NCBI GenBank assembly: GCA_046347635.1
Contig: JAXMFT010000003.1
Span: 215,551 to 279,550 of the forward strand
Origin: Burkholderiales bacterium
Lineage (GTDB): Bacteria; Pseudomonadota; Gammaproteobacteria; Burkholderiales; SG8-39
Direction of reading: 5' to 3'
DNA length: 64,000 bases
Below, in pieces: positions 46,934 through 54,248 of this stretch. Every line of letters starts with the position of its first letter. Position 1 is the stretch's first letter. The translations under genes and the position numbers were made by a program. The notes beneath the pieces were generated by a model. It was given only the letters and a program-made list of their open reading frames with translations. It searched no databases and was not told the origin of the DNA.

Positions 46934-48558
46934 GCGAGGTCACCGAAGGCCGGGCCGTGCCGCGCTGGGGCATGGTGATCGACCTCAACCGCTGCGTCGG
47001 CTGCCAGACGTGCACCATCGCCTGCAAGCACGCCAACGACACTACGCCGGGCGTGCAGTGGCGCCGCGTGCTCGACGTCGAGCAGGGCGCCTTTCCGGAC
47101 GTCCAGCGCCTGTTCCTGGTGGTCGGCTGCCAGCACTGCGCGGATCCGCCCTGCGTGCCGGTCTGCCCGACCGGCGCGACGCGCCAGCGCGCCGATGGCC
47201 TGGTGACGATGAACTACGACGTGTGCATCGGCTGCGCCTACTGCGCCGTGTCCTGTCCCTACGAGGCGCGCACCATCGTGCACGACCCCAAGGGCTACTA
47301 CGGCGGCGCGCTGACGCGGCAGGAGCAGGCAACCGCGCATCCCGAGCGCCGCGGCGTCGCGCAGAAGTGCACCTTCTGCCAGGGCCGCATCGAGGACGGC
47401 ATTGCGCAGGGCCTGACCCCGGGCGTCCACCCCGAGGCGACGCCGGCCTGCTCCGCCGCGTGCATCGCGCAAGCGATCCACTTCGGCGACTTCAACGACG
47501 CCGGGAGCAACGTGTCGCGGCTGCTCCGCGAGCAGCCCAGCCTGCAGCTCAACGCCGGGGTCGGCACCGACCCGCAGATCAAGTACCTCTACACCACGCC
47601 CGCGGTGCCAGGCCGGCCGGCCGGAGTCCAGGCCGACGAGGAAGAGCGCCTCGCCGATCCGTTCAACCCGCTGGTCGGGTCGCTGCAGAAGTTCTGGGAC
47701 TGGCGCGCCGCGATGAACTGGATCCTGGGCGGGATCGGCAGCGGCCTGGCGATCGCCACCGGGCTCGCGCTCGGGTCCGGCGCGCTCGACCCGCGCCTCG
47801 CGCCCGTGCTGTTCGTCGCCGCCGCGGCGATCGTGTCGGTGGGCCTGTTCTGCGTGTTCCTGAAGATCGGCCGGCAGGCGCGCTTCTGGCGCGCGGCGCT
47901 GCGCCCGCACACCTCGTGGATGTCGCGCGAGCTCTATGCGGCGATTGCGTTCTACGCGTCGGTGCTCGCCGCCCTCGTCGCGCCGGGACCGGGCCCGTTC
48001 GCGCTCGCGCCGCTTTCCGCCGCGGCGTTCCTCCTCTGCCAGGCGAAGATCCTGCACCTCGCGCGCGGCATTCCGGCGTGGCGCGCACCGCTCGTGCCGT
48101 GGTTGCTTCTCGCAAGCGGGCTGCTCGAGGGCTGCGGAGCGCTCGCGGCGGCGCCGCTGCTGGCCGGCGGCGCGGGCGTCGCGTGGGCCGGCGGTGCGAT
48201 CATCGGGCTCGCCGTCGTCAACGCGCTGCTGTGGCGCGCCTACGTCGGGACCTCCCGCGCGCGCGGCATCGGTCCGCTCGCGCGTCGCGTCCTCGCCCGG
48301 GTAACCGCGCCGCTGCACGCGATCGGGCACGCGCTGCCCGCTGTGCTGGCGGCCGCCGCGGCGTTCGTCCCCGCCGCGTCCGGCGTCTTGCTGGCGCTAG
48401 CGGGCCTCGCCGCAATCGCCGGCGGCGCGCTGTGGAAGTTCGCGCTCGTCGTGCGCGCGGGGTACACCCAGGGCTTCGAGCTCTCGCACCTGCCCCAGCG
48501 CGGCTCCGGCCGCCGCGCAGCGCCGCCGCGCCTGGGCGGCTGGACGCGTTCGGCATGA
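46930..48558 (+). CDS. Fusion of a four-cluster ferredoxin-type subunit (DmsB-like) with a ~8-TM membrane anchor (DmsC-like)
   Basis: GTG 46930 overlaps the alpha-subunit stop (GTGA). The Cys groups are CVGCQTCTIAC, CQHCADPPCVPVCP, CIGCAYCAVSCP and CTFCQGR...C. From about residue 260 onward I count about 8 hydrophobic helices. Confidence 0.75.
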   Translation: MSEVTEGRAVPRWGMVIDLNRCVGCQTCTIACKHANDTTPGVQWRRVLDVEQGAFPDVQRLFLVVGCQHCADPPCVPVCPTGATRQRADGLVTMNYDVCIGCAYCAVSCPYEARTIVHDPKGYYGGALTRQEQATAHPERRGVAQKCTFCQGRIEDGIAQGLTPGVHPEATPACSAACIAQAIHFGDFNDAGSNVSRLLREQPSLQLNAGVGTDPQIKYLYTTPAVPGRPAGVQADEEERLADPFNPLVGSLQKFWDWRAAMNWILGGIGSGLAIATGLALGSGALDPRLAPVLFVAAAAIVSVGLFCVFLKIGRQARFWRAALRPHTSWMSRELYAAIAFYASVLAALVAPGPGPFALAPLSAAAFLLCQAKILHLARGIPAWRAPLVPWLLLASGLLEGCGALAAAPLLAGGAGVAWAGGAIIGLAVVNALLWRAYVGTSRARGIGPLARRVLARVTAPLHAIGHALPAVLAAAAAFVPAASGVLLALAGLAAIAGGALWKFALVVRAGYTQGFELSHLPQRGSGRRAAPPRLGGWTRSA

Positions 48559-48591
48559 CGATCGGTGCGTGACCCGCCCCCGCCGCCGGCA

Positions 48592-49236
48592 CTAGGTCCG
48601 GCGGCGCGTCCGGGCGCGCTGGGTGCGGGGTCCGGCACGTCCTGCGACTTCCCGTTCGAACAATCCGTGGCAGATCAGCCGCGTGAACGTCTCGGCCACC
48701 TGCGCCAGGCTCACGTCGGTCACCGCATGCGGCCAGCGCGCGACCGAGTTGCACATGCCGAGCACCGCCCGCACGGCCAGCGGCGAGTCGAGGGTCGCAG
48801 GGATGGTGCCTTCGCGCTTGCCCTCCTCCAGCAGCGCGCACCACAGCGCCTCGTAGGCGCGCGATTGCGCGTCGAGCGGGTAGCGGGCGCGGCGCGGCAG
48901 GTCGCGCCGCTGGAAGAGGAAAGCATGCACGTAGAAGCGCTTCTCGAGCAGCGGCTCGAGGTGCGCTCGCACCGCGCGGCGCACCCGCTCCTCGGCAGGC
49001 AGCGCGAGCGCCACGACCGCCTCCAGCCGCTGCACGAACTCGCCGATGCCGTAGCGGCAGATCGCCTCCAGCAGATTCGACTTGGAGGGGAACCAGTAGT
49101 ACAGGGCGGCCGGCTTGACGCCGCAGCGGGCGGCGATCCGGCGCATGCTCGCCCCGGGGTAGCCGCGCGCGGCGAACTCCGTCGCCGCAACGTGCAGCAG
49201 TTCAAACTTCCTGTCGGTGCTGGCCTTGCGAGGCAT
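48592..49236 (-). CDS. TetR/AcrR-family transcriptional regulator (TetR-2)
   Basis: 214 aa. RKFELLHVAATEFAARGYPGASMRRIAARCGVKPAALYYWFPSK is the HTH. It shares AHL.P, LG.CNSV..W and other blocks with TetR-1. Confidence 0.85.
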   Translation of the reverse strand: MPRKASTDRKFELLHVAATEFAARGYPGASMRRIAARCGVKPAALYYWFPSKSNLLEAICRYGIGEFVQRLEAVVALALPAEERVRRAVRAHLEPLLEKRFYVHAFLFQRRDLPRRARYPLDAQSRAYEALWCALLEEGKREGTIPATLDSPLAVRAVLGMCNSVARWPHAVTDVSLAQVAETFTRLICHGLFEREVAGRAGPRTQRARTRRRT

Positions 49237-49250
49237 ATTGCGTTTTCCTG

Positions 49251-49260
49251 AACGATCGTT
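49251..49260. promoter_or_regulatory. Perfect 10-bp palindrome AACGATCGTT in the 35-bp TetR-2/rdhA divergent spacer (candidate TetR operator)
   Basis: Read directly from the sequence. The AACGATC core also occurs twice (38303-38309 and 38356-38362) in the divergent region upstream of the TetR-1 operon. Confidence 0.4.
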
Positions 49261-49271
49261 AAACTAACGCG

Positions 49272-50519
49272 ATGGGAGAGAGGCTGACCGTCGACAACCC
49301 CCCGAGCGCCGAGGGCCCGTGGCGCGAGCGCGGCCCGGTGACCGGCCCGAAGGACGCGGCCTGCGGCTTCGAGGTGACGGAGAATTTCGAGCGCTTCAAC
49401 CAGTCCAACGACATCTATACGCGCGGCCAGTGGGACGCGCGCATTCGCTCCGAGAAGGTGCTCAACTGGTTTCGCGGAATGTTCCGCACCGGACTGGGGG
49501 CGCGCAACGCCGAGGGCTATTCGGTGCGCGACTTCGCGCTGCGCAACGCGGGCTGGATGGGTGCCAACCTGACCATCCAGCGCAGCCTGCACCTGGGTCG
49601 CACCGACGGCTTCCTCGACTACATCCGGCCCTATTCCGAGCCCAATCCGGAGAAATATCCGGTCGAATCGCCCGCGGCGATGAGCGAGGAGGTCAAGCGC
49701 GTGGCGCGCCTCTTCGGCGCCGACGACGTGGGCATCACGCAATACGATCCGCGCTGGCATTACACCGCGAGCTTCTCGCCCAAGACCCTTGAGGAGAAGC
49801 CATATGCGATCCCCGACGGCCTGCCCAACGTCATCGTTGTCGTCACGGCCATGCACTACGAAGCGGTGCAGTCCTATCCCTCGGCCACGGCCGGGGTGGC
49901 GGTCGGCCACGGCTACTCGCGCGACTGCGAGCTCGTGCAGGCGATCGCCACCTATCTCCTGAACCTCGGCTACCGGGCGGTCGCCACCGTCAACGACACC
50001 TCACTCGCCATCCCCTACGCCATCCAGGCCGGGCTGGGCGAATACGGCCGCAACGGCCTGCTGATCACCAAGGATTTCGGCCCACGCGTGCGCATCGGCC
50101 GCATCCACACCGACGTGCCGCTCGCCCACGACCAGCCGATCCGCTTCGGCGTGCGCGAGTTCTGCGACACGACCTGCCGGCGCTGCGCCTCGGAGTGCCC
50201 TCCGAAGGCCATCTCCTTCGGCAAACCCACCGAGGAAGTACCGGGCCGTTCGCTGATCAAGGGCGTGCGCAAGTGGCAGGTCGACCCGGAGAAGTGTTTC
50301 AAGTTCTGGGTCAACCAATCGACCGAATGCGGCGTGTGCATGCGCGTGTGCCCCTACAACAAGGATACCTCGAGGTGGGCGTCGCGGACCTGGTACCGCC
50401 TGTGGCGCCGCATGGCTGCCTCGCCGTTGAAGCGCTTCGCCCTCTGGCTGGACGTGAAGCTCGGATACGGCAAGCGCGTCAAGCCGCGCGAGTACTGGCG
50501 CAAGTTCAGCTCGACCTGA
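49272..50519 (+). CDS. Reductive dehalogenase (RdhA) family protein, cytoplasmic type
   Basis: 415 aa with FERFNQSNDIYTR, GLGEYGRNGLLITKDFGPRVRIGRIHTD, FCDTTCRRCASECPPKAI and KCFKFWVNQSTECGVCMRVCPYN (two Fe-S cluster motifs). There is no twin-arginine signal and no adjacent rdhB-like gene. Confidence 0.8.
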   Translation: MGERLTVDNPPSAEGPWRERGPVTGPKDAACGFEVTENFERFNQSNDIYTRGQWDARIRSEKVLNWFRGMFRTGLGARNAEGYSVRDFALRNAGWMGANLTIQRSLHLGRTDGFLDYIRPYSEPNPEKYPVESPAAMSEEVKRVARLFGADDVGITQYDPRWHYTASFSPKTLEEKPYAIPDGLPNVIVVVTAMHYEAVQSYPSATAGVAVGHGYSRDCELVQAIATYLLNLGYRAVATVNDTSLAIPYAIQAGLGEYGRNGLLITKDFGPRVRIGRIHTDVPLAHDQPIRFGVREFCDTTCRRCASECPPKAISFGKPTEEVPGRSLIKGVRKWQVDPEKCFKFWVNQSTECGVCMRVCPYNKDTSRWASRTWYRLWRRMAASPLKRFALWLDVKLGYGKRVKPREYWRKFSST

Positions 50520-50545
50520 TCGAATCCGACCGGATCGAAGCGAGG

Positions 50546-52081
50546 ATGCAGAACCTCGTCCGCGCATTCCGGAACACCGTTCGGCACAACGGGCCGCGCC
50601 CCGCGCTTCTCGACGCTTCGCGCACGTTCACCTGGAACGAGCTCGGCGAGCGCGTGGCACGAGCCGCCGGCGCCCTGCACCATCTCGGCATCCGGCAGGG
50701 CGCGCGCTTCGCGATCCTGTCGCGCAACGGCTTTCGCCACGAGGAGCTGAAATGGGCCGGCCTGTGGCTCGGCGCGGTGCCGGTGCCGATCAACTTCCGC
50801 CTCGCGCCGCCGGAGATCGCGCAGATCCTGGCCGACGCCGGCTGCGAGCGGGTTCTGGTCGAAGCGCCCTTCGCGCCGATGCTCGGCCAGTCCGCGCTCG
50901 CCGCGTGGCAGGCGGGCGCCGTCCCGATCGGCGAGGCCGCGGGCACAAGCGGCGCGCCTTACGAGGCGCTGCTCGCCGCCGCCGACCCGCTGCCGCCCCA
51001 TGACGCCGGGGCGGCGGACGACGCGATCCTTCTCTACACCGGCGGAACCACCGGGCGCAGCAAGGGCGTGCGCCTGTCGCACGCCAACATCCTCGCCTGC
51101 GCCCACGCCTTTGCGGTGGGCACCGGGGCACGCCGCGACCAGGTCTACTTGCACGCCGCGCCGATGTTTCACTCCGCGGACCTGCTCGGGCTCGCCTGGC
51201 TGCTGCAAGGCGCCCCGCAGTGCTATCTGCCGCAGTTCTCCCCCGCCGCGTTCCTGGACGCGCTCCGGCGCTACAGCGTGGGTGCCGTGGTGACGGTGCC
51301 CACGATGCTGATCGCGACGATCTCGGACCCTGCGTTCGCGCAGGCCGACGCCGCCAGCCTGCGCGTGCTGATCTACGGCGCCGCGCCCATGGCGGTGGAG
51401 TGGATCAGGCGCGTCGCGCAGGCCTTTCCCCAGGTCGATCTCTACAACTGCTACGGCCTGACCGAGACCGCACCTGACCTCACGATTTTCGACGCGCAGG
51501 AGTTCCGTGCCGCCATCGGCTCCGCCGCGCCACACCTGACTTCGGTCGGCAAGCCCAACCTCGTGAACGAGCTCAAGGTGGTCCGGCCCGACGGCAGCGA
51601 GTGCGCCACCGATGAGGCCGGCGAACTGCTCGCACGGGGTCCCAATGTCATGCCCGGTTACCTGAACCGCCCGGAGGAGACGAGCGCGGCGCTGCGCGAG
51701 GGCTGGCTGCACACCGGGGACGTCGCGCGCATCGACGCCAACGGCTATGTGTACCTGCTCGACCGGCTGAAGGACATGGTGATCACCGGCGGCGAGAACG
51801 TCTATTCCTCGGAGGTGGAGGCGGTGCTGCACCGGCACCCGGACGTCGCCGAGGCCGCGATCATCGGCGTGCCGGACCCGAAGCTGGGCGAAGCGGTGAT
51901 GGCCGTGATCGTGCCGCGCAGCGGCGCAAACCCCGATCCGGAGCAGATCTCGGCGCATTGCCGCGCCGCGCTGGGCGGGTTCAAGGTGCCGCGGCGCTTC
52001 AGCTTCGTCCAGGCGCTCCCCAAGAGCGCGCTGGGCAAGGTGCTCAAGGCGGAGTTGCGCAGCCAAGTACGCGCGGGGTAA
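50546..52081 (+). CDS. Acyl-CoA ligase (AMP-forming)
   Basis: ATG 50546 (MQNLVRAFRNTVRHNG...) is preceded by GCGAGG. The motifs LLYTGGTTGRSKGV and WLHTGDVARIDANGYVYLLDRLKDMVITGGENVYS are present. Confidence 0.8.
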   Translation: MQNLVRAFRNTVRHNGPRPALLDASRTFTWNELGERVARAAGALHHLGIRQGARFAILSRNGFRHEELKWAGLWLGAVPVPINFRLAPPEIAQILADAGCERVLVEAPFAPMLGQSALAAWQAGAVPIGEAAGTSGAPYEALLAAADPLPPHDAGAADDAILLYTGGTTGRSKGVRLSHANILACAHAFAVGTGARRDQVYLHAAPMFHSADLLGLAWLLQGAPQCYLPQFSPAAFLDALRRYSVGAVVTVPTMLIATISDPAFAQADAASLRVLIYGAAPMAVEWIRRVAQAFPQVDLYNCYGLTETAPDLTIFDAQEFRAAIGSAAPHLTSVGKPNLVNELKVVRPDGSECATDEAGELLARGPNVMPGYLNRPEETSAALREGWLHTGDVARIDANGYVYLLDRLKDMVITGGENVYSSEVEAVLHRHPDVAEAAIIGVPDPKLGEAVMAVIVPRSGANPDPEQISAHCRAALGGFKVPRRFSFVQALPKSALGKVLKAELRSQVRAG

Positions 52082-52158
52082 ACCACGAGGGCGGCGCATT
52101 CTGGCAGACCCGCGCCGGATCAAGTAATCTCGGCATTGATCCCCCCCGCGATTTGCCC

Positions 52159-53073
52159 ATGCCGCACCCTCTCCCCAGCTCGATCGACGACACCGCCGCC
52201 CTCCTCGCCGGCGCCGACTACGTCGCCGAGCGCAGCCTCGCGACCGCGGTGTTCTTGAGCCTGCGGATGGGCAAGCCCCTCTTCCTCGAGGGCGAAGCCG
52301 GGGTCGGCAAGACCGAGATCGCCAAGGTCCTCGCTACCACGCTCGGCCGCAAGCTCGTGCGCCTGCAGTGCTACGAGGGCCTCGACGTGGCGAGCGCGGT
52401 GTACGAATGGAACTACCCGCGCCAGATGATCGAGATCCGCCTGGCCGAGGCCGAGGGCGTGAAGTCGCGCGCAGGGCTCGAGGGGGACATCTTCACCGAG
52501 AAGTTCCTCATCCGCCGCCCGATCCTGCAGGCGCTCGAGGGCGACATCGCCGGCCCGCCGGTGCTGCTGATCGACGAGCTCGACCGCACCGACGAGCCGT
52601 TCGAGGCTTATCTCCTCGAGGTGCTCGCGGACTTCCAGGTCACGATTCCCGAGATCGGCACGGTGCGGGCGGAGGAGCCGCCGATCGTCGTCATCACCTC
52701 GAACCGCACGCGCGAGATCCACGACGCGGTGAAGCGCCGCTGCCTCTACCACTGGGTGGACTACCCGAACGCGCAGCGCGAGCTCGAGATCCTGCGCCGC
52801 AAGGCGCCCGGCGCCTCGGAGCGGCTGTCGCAGGAAGTGGTCGGCTTCGTGCAGCGCCTGCGCGCGATGGATCTCTTCAAGCTGCCCGGGGTGGCGGAGA
52901 CGATCGACTGGTCGCAGGCGCTGGTGGCGCTCGACACGCTCGCGCTCGACCCGGAGACGATCAACAACACGCTCGGCGCGCTGCTGAAGTACCAGGACGA
53001 CATCGCGCGCGTCCAGGGCACGGAGGCCGCGCGCATCCTGTCCGAAGTGAAGGCGGAGCTCGCGACCGCCTGA
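52159..53073 (+). CDS. coxD: MoxR-type AAA+ ATPase (CoxD-like)
   Basis: ATG 52159, 304 aa. LFLEGEAGVGKTEIAK is Walker A and VLLIDELDRTD is Walker B. Confidence 0.8.
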   Translation: MPHPLPSSIDDTAALLAGADYVAERSLATAVFLSLRMGKPLFLEGEAGVGKTEIAKVLATTLGRKLVRLQCYEGLDVASAVYEWNYPRQMIEIRLAEAEGVKSRAGLEGDIFTEKFLIRRPILQALEGDIAGPPVLLIDELDRTDEPFEAYLLEVLADFQVTIPEIGTVRAEEPPIVVITSNRTREIHDAVKRRCLYHWVDYPNAQRELEILRRKAPGASERLSQEVVGFVQRLRAMDLFKLPGVAETIDWSQALVALDTLALDPETINNTLGALLKYQDDIARVQGTEAARILSEVKAELATA

Positions 53074-53090
53074 GCCGCGCCCGGCCGGGG

Positions 53091-54170
53091 CTAGAGCCCG
53101 GCGAGCTTCAGCACCTCCGCGCGCGCGAGCTTCAGCGCCTCGCCCGCCGCGAGGATCTCCTCCCAGGTCGTCGCATCCACCGCCAGTCCCTTGGCGGCCC
53201 GCTCCCTGCGCCGCGCGCGCTCCGGATCCCCCGCGATCAGCACGCCCTCGGCGCCGGCGGCGGGCGGCGAGGCCTTCTCCCACGCGATGAACGCTTCGGC
53301 CTGCGCGGCGAGGAACTGCGCGGTGCCGAGCGCCTCGGGGTCGATCAGGATCGAGAGCATCCCGTTCATCACGCGCATCTTCCCCTGGTCGGGGAGGTGC
53401 TGCGTGCCGCCGCCGGCGAGCGCGCCGCCGAGCAGCTCGCACGCGAGCGCGAGCCCCGAACCCTTGTGCTCGCCGAAGGGCATGATCGCGCCGAAGGGCG
53501 GGATCACGCTGTAGCGCGGGTCGGTGGAGGGATCGCCCTTGTCGTCGATCACGATGCCCGGCTCGAGGCGCTTGCCCTGGTTGTGGGCGACGCGGGTCTT
53601 GCCCTGCGCGATGCGGCTGGTGGCGAAGTCGAGCACGAAGTGCTCGCCGTTCGGGCGCGGGATGCCGATGCACACCGGATTGGTGCCGAAGCGCGCGTCG
53701 CGCCCGCCCCAGGGCGCGACGATCGGCCGCGAGATCACGTTGACGAAGTGGAGCGACACGAGCCCCGCCGCGAGGCACTGCTCGGCCCAGTGGCCGATGC
53801 GCCCCAGGTGGTGCGAGTTGCCGAGCGCGACCACGCACGAGCCGTGCTTGCGCGCCCGCTCGATCCCGAGCGCCATCGCCTCCAGCCCGATCACCTGCCC
53901 GTAGCCCGCGCGGCCGTCGAGGCGCAGCATCGTCCCGGCGTCGAGGACGACCTGCGGGTGCTGGTTGACGGCGAGCCCGCCCTCCAGCAGGGCCTTCACG
54001 TAGCGCGGGATCATGCCGACGCCGTGCGAGTCGTGGCCGGCGAGGTTGGCCGCCACGAGGTTGCCGGCGACCAGCGCCGCTTCGCGCGCCTCCGAGCCGC
54101 CCTGCGCCACGATGGCCTCGACCGCGGCCTCGAGGCGCGGCGCTGCGATGACGATCTCCGGTGCCGCCAC
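53091..54170 (-). CDS. Ldh2-family malate/L-lactate/ureidoglycolate-type dehydrogenase
   Basis: C-terminal 359 codons of the 765-aa ORF. GTG 54170 is preceded by GGAG. AGHDSHGVGMIPRY, GNSHHLGRIGHWAE and PFGEHKGSGLAL are family motifs. Confidence 0.8.
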   Translation of the reverse strand: MAAPEIVIAAPRLEAAVEAIVAQGGSEAREAALVAGNLVAANLAGHDSHGVGMIPRYVKALLEGGLAVNQHPQVVLDAGTMLRLDGRAGYGQVIGLEAMALGIERARKHGSCVVALGNSHHLGRIGHWAEQCLAAGLVSLHFVNVISRPIVAPWGGRDARFGTNPVCIGIPRPNGEHFVLDFATSRIAQGKTRVAHNQGKRLEPGIVIDDKGDPSTDPRYSVIPPFGAIMPFGEHKGSGLALACELLGGALAGGGTQHLPDQGKMRVMNGMLSILIDPEALGTAQFLAAQAEAFIAWEKASPPAAGAEGVLIAGDPERARRRERAAKGLAVDATTWEEILAAGEALKLARAEVLKLAGL

Positions 54171-54248
54171 GGGGTGCTCCGTCGGAACGAGGCCGCTACT
54201 CTCGCACAGCGTCCGGCGCGCCGCCAAGCGATGCGATAATCCCGCGCC

